DNA of 40,992 nucleotides from Anthoceros angustus (Eukaryota; Plantae; Anthocerotophyta). The notes under the pieces are model-generated. The model was not told where the DNA came from, made no database searches, and worked only from the letters and a program-made list of their open reading frames with translations. The DNA lies in assembly GCA_010909165.1 (NCBI GenBank), contig VJWM01000359.1, positions 1-40,992 of the forward strand, given 5' to 3'. Positions 23,030 through 33,268 of the stretch are shown here, in pieces; positions within the stretch are counted from its first letter, which is position 1, and each line of letters begins with the position of its first letter. Position numbers and translations under genes: made by a program.

Positions 23030-23774
23030 ATGAATGCAGCAACATTAGACAAGATGCGCAAAATGAAACTACAAGGCATGTACCGTGTATTTAAAACCAG
23101 CCTGGAATCAGAGAAGCAGGAAACTTATACACCGGATGAGTTGATCGCTCACCTGGTAGATGCTGAATGGGACGACCGGCAAAACCGTAGTGTAGATCAA
23201 AGGTAAAGAATGCCCGCTTCCGCTACAAGGCAGACCTTGAGGGACTTTACTATAATAGCGATCGTAACATCGACCGTAACCAGATCATGCGGCTGGCAGA
23301 CTGTAGCTTCATTGATAAAGCTGAATGTGTCCTCGTTACAGGAAGTACAGGTATCGGCAAAGTTATATTGCCTCCGCACTGGGACATCACGCCTGTAGCC
23401 GGGGATACAGGGTGGTCTACCACAATGTTCCTAAGCTGTTCTCCAAACTTAAAATGAGTAAAGCAGACGGCTCTTACATTAAGGAAATAGCGCGTATTGA
23501 AAGACAACACCTGCTTATATTGGATGACTTCGGCCTGCAACCCCTGGACGCACAAAGCCGCACAGCACTGATGGAACTGGTGGAAGATCGTCATGGAAAA
23601 AGCGCCCTGATCATTACCTCACAAGTACCAGTAAGTAAATGGTATGATATTATAGGCGAGCAAACTATCGCTGATGCGATACTGGATAGAATCGTTCATC
23701 ATGCACACCGCCTGGAACTAAAAGGAGAATCGCTACGCAAAAGAAGAAAAGGAGAAAACGAACCGAACGCATAA
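23030..23774 (+). CDS. istB: IS21 helper AAA+ ATPase IstB
   Basis: VTGSTGIGKSYIASALG, LLILDDFGL, IITSQVPVSKW, IADAILDRIVHHAHRLELKGESLR. Confidence 0.97.
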
Positions 23775-23926
23775 ATTTGTAAAGGATCAGCTGCCTAAAA
23801 TGGCCGTTGAAACTAAAAAGCAACTCAATTTTGAATCGCTCCATCATACATAAACTGAAAATCTTCGCCAGCAAAACTGGTGGTCAATTTGCTTCGGCCT
23901 GATGTGGTCAATTTGATCGGCACTCA

Positions 23927-23944
23927 CTTTAATCTCGAAAACGT
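23927..23944 (+). repeat. Target-site duplication, right copy (CTTTAATCTCGAAAACGT)
   Basis: Identical to 21262-21279. Confidence 0.92.
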
Positions 23945-24310
23945 GCTTCGTCAATATTCAATAAAAGAGATGACGAATGAGCAATATAAGAAGTCTTTGA
24001 CGGATTCCTTAGAACAGGGAAATTTGCAAGGCAACTTTGTCGGTAAAGACGGAAGTTCAGAAAAGCTGTATATATCTCCAAGCATTACTACAGGCTCTCT
24101 AAATGTTTATTCGTTGGATAAAAAGGAGTTGACCTCGATGTGTTGGTGGGAAAAGAATATATCTCAAAGGAACTGGGCGACCGCCTAAAGCAACACTTTT
24201 CCCAAAAGGTAAAACCCGACCAAAGGTTACTGAAACGAATACTAACAATAAAGAGGTGAAGGGGTTAATGGAAGCGATAAAAATATTGCTAAACCCTATT
24301 TTAAACTTAA

Positions 24311-24600
24311 ATGATGTGAAAAGCGATGAGTTACTTGCAAGATTTATGCAATCTGCAAAGATGATCCTCGCCTAAGTCCATCTCATATCAGCCTTTTCGT
24401 AGCTATTCTTTACCTCTACCAATGCCAGAATTGTCAAATGCCTTTATCGGTTTTCAGGAGGGATTTAATAGGGCTGGCAAAAATCAGAATAGGGTTTATC
24501 ATTCGTGTGTTTCGGATTTAAAGGAATGGGTTATATAGAGTATCTGCCGTCTTTTAATCCGGTTTTGGGCAGTTTGTTTTACATTAAAGAACGAAAAATG
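24311..24600 (+). CDS. Conserved ICE hypothetical protein, possible winged-HTH (ends approximate)
   Basis: Stitched: DDPRLSPSHISLFVAIL...RRDLIGLAKI..YHSCVSDLKEWGYIEYLPSFNPVLGS. Confidence 0.7.
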
Positions 24601-24802
24601 AAGTACTATATCGTTAAAAGTGATCCTGAATTTACTCTGTTTAAAGTTTCAAATAATAGCATAGAGCAGTTTGAAAAGGAATATCAGGGCAACATTTTAT
24701 CTTTGGCGAAAGCATCATGGAGGCATTGATAAACTTTGAAAAAGGGAAGATAAATCTGAACTTGAACTTTACGAAAGACCAGTAAAGTATAAAACAGGGT
24801 GA
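24598..24802 (+). CDS. Small hypothetical protein
   Basis: MKYYIVKSDPEFTLFKV..FEKEYQG.I..GESIMEALINFE (one frameshift). Confidence 0.5.
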
Positions 24803-24840
24803 TTGATGAGGTATTTTCTAACTTAAAAGTAGTTGATAGT

Positions 24841-25106
24841 ATGGGCCTGGAAGTGGTGACGAAGGATGATTTGCAGGAGTTTAGGCACAGCTTATTGAAG
24901 ACTTCAAAAATTAATCGCTGAAACTAAGGAACCATCTACCGGAATTGAGAACGGATACAAGACGAGTGATGTTCGTAAGATTCTTGGATGTTGTACTAAT
25001 AAACTGACTTCATTAAGAATATCTCGCCAGCTTAGGACAAAAAATTGGTGGAACGGTCTATTATAATAAAGATGATATTAAGCGATTGATTGATGAGGGA
25101 TATTAG
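24841..25106 (+). CDS. Helix-turn-helix (MerR-like/HTH_17) excisionase-like protein
   Basis: MGLEVVTKDDLQEFR..LL....YKTSDVRKILGCCTNKLTSLRI...KIGGTVYYNKDDIKRLIDEGY; adjacent to the att site. Confidence 0.85.
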
Positions 25107-25116
25107 CAGCCCTATA

Positions 25117-25143
25117 AGCTGGCCCAATTGGGTCAGCTTTTTA
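25117..25143 (+). terminator. Intrinsic terminator after the xis-like gene
   Basis: AGCTGGCCCA-AT-TGGGTCAGCT followed by a T run. Confidence 0.7.
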
Positions 25144-25234
25144 TTAGTAGAGTGGTTGACAAGTTTTCTAAGGAACGACCTTAAATTGATAGTTTTTCAT
25201 AACTTTATTGAAGTTCATTTAAGTTAATCTTCTG

Positions 25235-25323
25235 TGAGTAAATCCATGAGTTAAGATTGGCTATGTTCTTCAAAATACTGGTTACAATATACTTACAGTA
25301 TAAGTTGTCGTCCTGTCCCGACT
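25235..25323 (+). other. attR-like site 1 (right end of the ICE)
   Basis: Arm motif TGAGTAAATCCATGAGT, then core GTCGTCCTGT---CCCGAC 72 bp downstream (3 nt shorter than the other copies). Confidence 0.75.
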
Positions 25324-25363
25324 TGTTTTGGAACTCATTATTGAAGTGATTTCAATTCTGTAA

Positions 25364-25455
25364 TGAGTAAATCCATGAGTACAGGAAAATTGAGTTTGGA
25401 AGGTAGTTGATAATCAGCCTTTAAGTTAAAGGTTGTCGTCCTGTCTTCCCGACCA
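25364..25455 (+). other. attR-like site 2 (tRNA-Pro-like 3' end TCCTGTCTTCCCGACCA)
   Basis: Identical 17-bp arm motif; core 71 bp downstream ending in CCA; followed by a terminator. Confidence 0.85.
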
Positions 25456-25466
25456 CTTACAAAATG

Positions 25467-25497
25467 AAACCCGCTCCTCAGAGCGGGTTTTGGTTTT
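25467..25497 (+). terminator. Intrinsic terminator following the tRNA-derived att core
   Basis: AAACCCGCTC-CTCA-GAGCGGGTTT followed by TGGTTTT. Confidence 0.8.
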
Positions 25498-25863
25498 GGA
25501 AGTTTTGTGTAGCAAAAGTGTAATGATTATTGTAGGTGTTTTCATCATATGGATGACGCAGTCTCAGCCACAATATTACTTTGTTCTAATATAGCCTGCA
25601 GGTAATGTAAAGTATTTAATCATATGGCATTTGTAAAATTTAGACATTGATTATCAAAGATTTATATTTCTTTTGTCACCTAGCCTTCCGTCCGTGATAT
25701 ACAAAATCCGTTGATAATCAAATTCTGCAAAATTAGAGAGCAAATCAGTTTGTATATCTGATCGTATATACAAACACCGTTGTCTCTCATATTATAGAAT
25801 ATTTGAGAGGCAAACCCGTTTGACTATGCAAATTGTTATAGATTTAGTATACAAATAAGATCG

Positions 25864-26971
25864 ATGTTACCTAATCTTTCAAATGCGGTCGAATATCATT
25901 ACGATAAATTTCCACCAAAAGAACTTGATTATCACAAGTTTGTTCCAGAGTTACTGAAAGCAACTGATGCAATAGCCCGTTATGATCAGATGTTAAAAAG
26001 ATGCATAACAATGAAATTTTGTTAGCTCCGCTCAGAAATCAAGAAGCAGTTATATCGTCGCGAATGGAAGGACAATTTCAACGATGGATGAAATCATGAA
26101 GTAAGGAGGCAGATATAATTGATGACAAACCAGAAACCGAATCCAATAAAGATGTTCGTTCTGAAATTATTGAAACATATCTCTATCAGCGAGCATTAAA
26201 AATGCTCAAAAGGGGATGCAAGATGGGCACGAAATCTCCATCAGTTTAATAAAATGATACATAAACAATTGCTCACTTTTGGACGGGAGCAATGAAAGCG
26301 CAGTCAATTCAAAGTAGAGCAAAACTTTCTAGCGGGTAAAAGAAAAACATATTGTTTGTGCCTATTAGACCGGAAAAATTAATAGATGGCCTGGATACGC
26401 TACTGGAATATATAATAGAAGTGAAGATCCCATTCTTATAAAACAGCGTTAATGCATCTTGAATTTGAAGCACTTCACCCCTTCAAGATGGAAATGGTCG
26501 TATTGGTCGCATGCTAATAACGTTGCTATTATGGAAGTCTGGAGTAATATCCGCTCCGCATTTTATATTAGCGGTTATTTGGAAGAACATAAAGATGAAT
26601 ACATTGATACCATGAGATCAGTATCGTCCGATGGTAATTGGGAGGAGTGGTGTCGTTTTTTAACCGCAGTTGCAGAGCAGGCAAGTGCTAACTTAAATGT
26701 TGCCGAAAGATACAAGATCTGTATGACAACATGAAGACGGAATTTTCAAGTACGCTGTAGAGTAAATGGACAGTGCAGGTTTTGGATTTTATTTTTACTT
26801 ACCCGGTCTTCAGAAATAATAAGTTTACTCGCATAGTGGTATTCCACCGCAGACGGCAGCCAAATTCAAGAAACTGGTAGAAAAAAATTGCTCCTCATGC
26901 GTGAGCCTGGTTCTGGAAGAAAAGCAGCTTTATATTCATTCGAACCTCTTATGAAATTAGTAAGAGTTTAA
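25864..26971 (+). CDS. Fic family protein (class II-like, Fic/DOC N-terminal domain)
   Basis: LLAPLRNQEAVISSRMEG (inhibitory S-xxx-EG motif) and HLEFEALHPF.DGNGRIGRM (canonical Fic motif). Confidence 0.94.
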
Positions 26972-27052
26972 GAAACGTTTTGAACCTTTTAGCATTAAGA
27001 TCTCCTGCCTTAAAGGATAACTGTTTCTTTGTTAATGTGGAGCTACTTCAAT

Positions 27053-27295
27053 TTATAGGTTTGATCGCCCAACTTCTGAATTAGGGACATCCTCCTTGGT
27101 CAGCCGCCCAACGAGAATGTCAAATTTCTTGCTGAAGACAATACCGGTTATGGTGGAGTCAACCGTTGATGCATCTGGCCACACAATCCTAATCCTCTCA
27201 CCGATGCTGGCTTTTTGATCCCCAAGACCTGGTGCCAATTAAAGCCCCGGCCTGTTATGTGATCAACGGCCTTCAGGTTAAAAGATGTGTTGCAT
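27053..27295 (-). CDS. Small hypothetical protein, beta-barrel-like (resembles EF-Tu domain II)
   Basis: HITGRG..LAPGLG....IGERIRIVWPDAS.VDSTITGI....LTKEDVP. Confidence 0.5.
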
Positions 27296-27340
27296 GTCGG
27301 GTGAATGACAAGGTATATCGTCTGTTAGCCGCATAATGAT

Positions 27341-28283
27341 ATGGATTTTCCCGTGTTTCTGCAACGGTTGACTGACCGAAGGTTAGTAGCTACAGCCATT
27401 TTCGCCTATTTTATTCCTAACTCCAACCTGACCGCGCGTGAACCTTTTAAGAGATTGTTTGGTAAATCTTACCCGGATGTCGGCGGCAAGATCGACCTGA
27501 CGGAAGAACAGTTCTTTCAACGGCCTGATATTGCCCGATTGACCACTCAATACCGAAAACGACCACCTTACTGCGGCATTTGGCTTGCGCCGCTGCCGGC
27601 CAACAGCAGTAAATGGCGGTGATTTTGATGGCTCCCTGCTCGCAGAATATCCTCGCTGCAAAGCTTGCCAGACTCCACTTAATTTTGTGTTGCAATTGTA
27701 CCGGAAGGACTTTCCGACTTTTATTTTCCGGGGAACGCTGATCTGTTTCAATTATTCCGCTGTCCCAATGATGATTGCCCGACGCTTTTTCTGAACAGTA
27801 TGATCATGTGATGCATCCTTTTTGGCAAAGCAGATCCGGCTGGTTCCCGGCGATGGATACGTCCATCTATGACAGGTGAGAACCTTGAACCTGCCATTTC
27901 AGATTGCAGGCTGCAACCTGAGCAAGTCGAGGATTTTCCCAACTACGACGACTTTGATGGGATGACTTCGTCAATATCGAGCGGACCTATGGAAACGATT
28001 GGGCAGAGGTGTTTATGGCTACCTGCGCGTCTATCCAACGCACCAAGTTCGGCGGCTACCCCAGCTTCACGCAATCCCCCGTCTACCGGGTTTGTACCTG
28101 CGGAAAGCCAAGACTTTTTCTTTCAACTCTCAGTGAAGACCCCTGAAGATGGAGTGGAGAGCCCACCGTCTCCTGATCAGTGGAATCCGCTCGGTATAAT
28201 GATTGGAGATGTCGGAACATCTACTTCTATGTTTGCAAGAGGTGTGGGGTGGAAACTGTTGAGAGTAACTGGGATTGTTATTG
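27341..28283 (+). CDS. DUF1963 (YwqG-like) domain protein
   Basis: Stitched: YPRCKACQTPLNFVLQL...LFQLFRC...TKFGGYPSFTQ...FFFQLS...IMIGDVGNIYFYVC...WDCY. Confidence 0.75.
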
Positions 28284-28598
28284 ATCCTGCATAGCAAAGG
28301 GATAGAAAGGACTCGTCTGGCCTGCTATTATCCTTGGGCGGTTGCTGGTAAATATATACGACCAGTACGATTACTCCAAAGGCGGCAAAAACCATTTGAG
28401 GCTAAGCCCTTTTATGTTCAGGGCGACCAACCTCCAATTCCACCGGCAAAAGTGTAGAGGTTACAACGGATCTCAGGTAAAGGTATGTCCGCTCTGGTTG
28501 CGTCAAATTCTCTAACGTATAGATTCTTATGAACTGAAAGAGGGTTTCCGCGATTAAATTAATCAAAAGACAAGCCAGCTGTGGTCAATACCGTCGCG

Positions 28599-29109
28599 CT
28601 ACCTTCCATTTTCAAATAGGCTTTGATAAAAATACTGAAAGGATGATCGTAATGGTAATGAGCAGCAATCCGCTGATAGAGATCGGCGTGCTTGGTATAT
28701 AAGCGGGAATTTTATTGCAGATTTAAATAAAATCCACCAATTGATCAAATGACATAACAGTAATAAGCCGGAATACTTCAGGATGATTTTATCAGATGTT
28801 CGGATAGACATTCCAAGTAGTTTTGTTGGTTGCGGAAGTGTTCGGAATAAAATGTCCCTGCCGGTCAGCGTATTTTCGAACGCAGGCTTAAAATCATCTA
28901 TATTCTCATACATTGGTCAGGAATGGTGTCAAACCAGGTGGTGTCTTCGGTAAGGCTGAGCCCGATCTTATTACCTTCCAGCTGAATGTTGTAAAGCCTT
29001 TCGCCGATCCAACAGTCGATCATTACTGCCCCGAATCAAATCTATCGATGTCGTACCTTCCATTGACATTCTCCATTCTTTCAACAATATAGGTAATCAC
29101 CTTTTCCAT
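28599..29109 (-). CDS. Hypothetical protein (3' end uncertain)
   Basis: MEKVITYIVE...IDRFDSGAVMIDCWIGERLYNIQLEGNKIGLS...FDTIPD..YENIDDFK. Confidence 0.6.
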
Positions 29110-29196
29110 TTTCTTATTTCGGTTTTATGACTCTATTCCCCGAATAGGCAGAGCTGATTTTGAATCCTACGTATTATACAGAGAAGGTGCAATGAC

Positions 29197-29591
29197 TCAA
29201 TTATCAACTACCATCGTATGGGATAGGGCGTCGTGCCAACCTGTTTCACTAAATATATAGGACAAACCATCAAATGGAATCAGGCGGCAGAGGCTTCTGA
29301 TAAGTATTTCCTTCAACGATGGCTTTCTCCATGCTTACTTACCACCTTAGTAGCTGTTATAAACTTAGCCGGAGATTTATTGAAAACCATTCAAACAGAA
29401 AGTAATAGGCGAAATACAAAACAAAATAATATACTCCTAACCAGTTCGATCCCTCCTCCGAACCACATTGCCCATCCAATCGAATGCAAATGCATGGGCC
29501 ATAATGATGAGGTTGAATAGGATGGTATCGACAATCAGATTTGACAGTCGCGTTCCTTTTTGGCGGGTTGTAGGAGGGGTGTTTGTGTCAT
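29197..29591 (-). CDS. RDD family protein
   Basis: Stitched: AKKGTRLSNLIVD...YYFLFE...KSPAKFITATKVV...ILIRSLCRLIPFDGLS....GWHDALSHTMVV. Confidence 0.85.
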
Positions 29592-29610
29592 GGTATTCAT
29601 TCAGGTGATT

Positions 29611-29897
29611 TTACCGACTTTTGGACCCCTCAGCAGAACGACAAAAAGCAACACTGACTGTCAGCAGCGGTATCCCAAACAAAAGGCGGCCAATATCGCC
29701 CCCATTCTCCCCGGAAACAAAACGTTTCAGCAAACCCCATCCGATGATCATTCCATAGCCCAATGCCAGCCCTAAGAGCTTGCCGACCAGCCCCAAAACT
29801 TATGGACATTTTGCGACGGCAGGTATTTCAGTACGGCAGCCGAAACGGTCACCAATAGGTGAAATATCAGCACGATGGTCAATATTGCCAGCAGCAT
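29611..29897 (-). CDS. Small membrane protein
   Basis: MLLAILTIVLIFHLLVTV...LVGKLLGLALGYGMIIGW...LLFGIPLL; three hydrophobic segments. Confidence 0.5.
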
Positions 29898-29915
29898 AAG
29901 TCCGTTGATGGGGAT

Positions 29916-30346
29916 TTATTTGAAATTGTCCAGGATCGCTGCGGTCAACCCTCCTCCAACCGCTTGTCATTGAAGTATTCTGCCGCGGTGAGCGCCATAC
30001 TTGCGATATGGTGTCCGCTGTCATGGTCAAACGCAGCCGGCTCGCCCGACGCATTGTAGGTTACTTTGGCTACCAGCTCAGCCAGCCGGATATAGGTTTC
30101 GTGCTTATAAGTCGTGTTGCGCAACGACCAATCCGAATGGCGGAAAATGCCCGTGTGCCTCTTTCCACCTTTTTCTGTCGTCTATGATCGCGAACAGTGC
30201 TTTTACAGGTGGGGATATGCTCCAGATACGGATCAAACTGCGACAATACCCGACCCGCCACCCTGGGCGAACCTCATTCAACAAACTTTCAAATAATTGC
30301 TCTCAATCTTAATATTCTTCCTGATCTCGGATAACGCTGTTTTCAT
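29916..30346 (-). CDS. Conserved hypothetical helical protein (immunity-like by inference only)
   Basis: Stitched: RPGWAGRVL...RWKEAH..FSAIR...RLAELVAKVTYNASGEPAAFDHDSG; ATGA overlap with the DUF4184 gene. Confidence 0.6.
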
Positions 30347-31042
30347 GCGCGAAAGGTATAGACGGAATGATTACCATAGACAGCAGGATTGCAGCGATGG
30401 CACTGACTGTTAAATTGCCCAAACTCCATCCTCCCCAGCCGACATCCTGAACAATACGATCAAGCCGGCGCACAGGAAAATAAAGAACCAATACCGCCAC
30501 CTGCCCTTCCGTTTGGATACTTTTCGGCGGGCATTGAATACACTGCTCCGCACAATGATAAAACCGGCGAAGCTGCTCAGGTGCTGCGCGATCTTGTACC
30601 CTGGAAGGGATGGCCAAATAGAAAGATATTTCCTGAAGCAACTGGATTTTGCTGACAAAATATCCGCTGTGCTGAAGCTGTCCCACAGCAGGTGGGAGCA
30701 GGTACCCAACAGTATTGAATAAATAACTACAATCCAGTGATGTTTTACATAGGGCATCCACTTGAAATCCGGCAATTCTCCCACCTGGATCGTATCATCT
30801 GTGGAGGTTGATGATCAGTTTTGTTCGCAGCGAATAATGAAAATAAAGGTCAGCAGCAATGCCAGCGGCAGATCAAAATAGAAAACACCGGAGACGGTAT
30901 GGCTGTACTTGCTGTACACGCTCATTCTAATGAAATACTCAAAATCGGGGACTATGCTTCCGATGACAGTCAAAGAAATCCGCTTTTCTCCGAATTTGTT
31001 GAGCGGTAGAATAATGGCCGGATGGCAAAAGGTAAATGGCAT
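30343..31042 (-). CDS. DUF4184 family protein
   Basis: MPFTFCHPAIILPL...VIGSIVPDFEYFIRM....SH...FDLP...SILLGTCSHLLWDSF...AQHLSS. Confidence 0.92.
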
Positions 31043-31137
31043 GTTTAGGATCTCAGTGTACGCGCTGGCTATTTGGTTCGACTCCGTTTCTTTGAATAGA
31101 GATGTTTTCGATGCGTGCATATGCAATTGGAACAGGA

Positions 31138-31602
31138 TCAATAGGATAATACGAAACGGCTATTTTCCCGCAGGCGGTAGTCGCCTGCCAAATACCAGTC
31201 AACATATCGCCAAATGTCAGGTCTAACCTGGGGTGGTCTTGCGAATGAAACAGCGATTTGTTTCTTTCATCCAATTTGCCAAGCGATAGCACCCATACGA
31301 TCCATACCAATAAGGTGAAGGAGACTGACAGGAGGATCAACAATACGATATGTGAACCAAATAATTCTCCTTCACTCCTAAAATGTTTTCGAATAGTCAA
31401 AGCCCGTATGTTTCAATTGGTACCTATCGACGAATTTCTCCAATAATTCCAGGTTGTCATCTCCATAACATGCAAGGTCTCCCTCGATTTTGGTGGATAA
31501 ACCTGCAACAGATTCCCCTGTTTCCTGTTCGATAAATGACCGCAGTTCTATGTAGGCAGCCCTGGCGGATTTGAACCCGATGGGATATTCTTTCTGTTGC
31601 AT
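31138..31602 (-). CDS. DUF1493 family protein
   Basis: TKIEGDLACYGDDNLELLEKFVDRYQL...FDYSKHFRSEGELF...DLTFGDMLTW. Confidence 0.8.
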
Positions 31603-31807
31603 TTATTCTCTATGATGAAGGAACAATTTATGACTTCTTGTGCAAAATGAACCTTCTGATGGCTGTCAAGATTGTTTTGAGGCCTGAAATAAGTGGTGAT
31701 AAAGGTGATCATGTTATCCTGTGATGGTGAGGCCAGCCAACCCATTGCAAAATCAGTTACTCCATCTGCTTACGATTCAGGACAGAGTTTAACTTCTGTT
31801 TTAGTTG

Positions 31808-32430
31808 TCATATACTTTCGCCAACACCGCTTTTAGCGGCGGTATTTTCGATGGAGGCATAGGAGGTATTTGAACTTTTCGCGGCAACTTCGGGATTGGA
31901 AATATCAGCTCGACGCTTTACGATTTTATGTTGTATAATAAGCACCAGCCATGCTAAAACAAGCATCAGGCAATTCGACTTGTCAAACAAGCTCAGATTC
32001 TGTCGCAACGGAATGATTTTCCAGGATGTACCGTATAGTCTTTAGGGGAACGAATAGTTGTCAGATTAGTCGTTGTATGTCTTCAAATAAAAATAATTTA
32101 ACTTGGCATTCATCTCCTTATATCTGATTTTAGCGTTACCAACTTATTATATCTCCTTATCCATGCAACGACCCCATCGGTAGGACAAGATAAAACACGA
32201 AATTCAGCAGGTGCCAGATGTCAAATTCAAAATCTTCATCACTCATTTTAGGGAGTTCTGCTATTTTCCCTGATAGTAGGTCCGAATTCTCCATCCATTT
32301 CCATGGTGTGACAAAAATCCGAATCGAATTCAAATGGTTGCAGAATGATCGTGCATCGATATCCGTCGAATCCGCTAATTCAGGAAAAAAAAAAGCCGAT
32401 CTCTCCTCAAGTATCCTAGTATTTCTTCAC
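31808..32430 (-). CDS. Hypothetical or degenerate gene(s)
   Basis: Fragmented coding-like sequence; ORF 31808..32008 ends in a TAAKSG tail. Confidence 0.3.
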
Positions 32431-32512
32431 CTCTGTTAACGGCACTCTTTGCCGCAACCTCCAGTTTGTTATAGTCCGTCATACTGGTTTTCTGATGTTT
32501 GAGGAGGTACGT

Positions 32513-33268
32513 TCACCTCATGAGAATATTTCGCCGGATTTTGGCCAAAACATGCTCAATTATCTTATGTAATATTGACAATTGTTTCGCCCTTGTTGGC
32601 TGATAACTTTTATCCCAATGTCTCATTAGAACTGGTAGCTGTTCTCTTTGATCGCAATCAATGTCAATTCCTTCATTTCCTTATCGATCATGCCTTCAAG
32701 GACAAATTGCGCAAATGTTACTCCGATAATGGCGTTGTCCTGATTCACCAGTAGTGTTACTCCCATGTCTTTGGACGACTCCACCACAATCTCCCGAAGT
32801 TGGGCATCGGATATGGTCTGCATTGAAGTGTCCCTGGCATTTGTTAACGCAGAACGCATCGCCTTCATTTGTGCTAAAATTTCGATTCAGTTTTAATAAC
32901 GGTGTAGAAAGGTACTTTTCTATTTTTATCGAATCCAATGAGGATATGTCGAATTTGGGATATCCTGTCCTAGCCAGCCAGTCGGTTAGATATATGGTTA
33001 CGGGTTTCCGGGTATTTGCCTGCCTCCATTCTAGGAATCCATAAGCCGCATTGCTGCCATCATCATTTCCAAAGGGAGCTGTTTCCTCAATCGGACTCAA
33101 AGGAATTCTTCGTTCATTACCTTTTGTGCATTGATGTGGCAGTTTTCCACTCATAACGAAAAGTGTCTATGTTCGTTGGCGATGATGTCTTGGTTCCGTA
33201 TGCTACATAATCCTTTGATTAAGTGAACATCCGGCAAGCCCCAGTAATAATATTATTATTGCTTTCAT
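32513..33268 (-). CDS. YfeS/MolR-like domain lipoprotein
   Basis: MKAIIILLLGLAGC lipobox; SPIEETAPFGNDDGS.A.YGFLEWR; DNAIIGVTFAQFVLEG.ID. Confidence 0.7.

Larger units (their letters stand above)
21280..23926 (+). mobile_element. IS21 family insertion sequence
   Basis: TG...CA ends, istA plus istB, four GCCGG-N-TAAATTGACCAC repeats at the left end, two inverted copies at the right end, flanked by an 18-bp direct repeat. Confidence 0.96.
20791..24280 (+). pseudogene. Conserved ICE hypothetical gene interrupted by IS21 (end approximate)
   Basis: 5' half FTLKEAYNLLAGRPVYKD..NKEG.EYKAW...NYGFNLENV; 3' half resumes FNLENVLRQYSIKEM...SLEQGNLQ after the IS. Confidence 0.85.

Noticed and set aside
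25431-25455. Complete tRNA gene
   Set aside because: Only the T-arm/acceptor 3' portion is present; the upstream sequence cannot form D or anticodon arms. The same holds at 37570.
32585-32610. attC-like CAGCCAACA motif
   Set aside because: It falls within the stitched C-terminal coding sequence of the YfeS-like gene.
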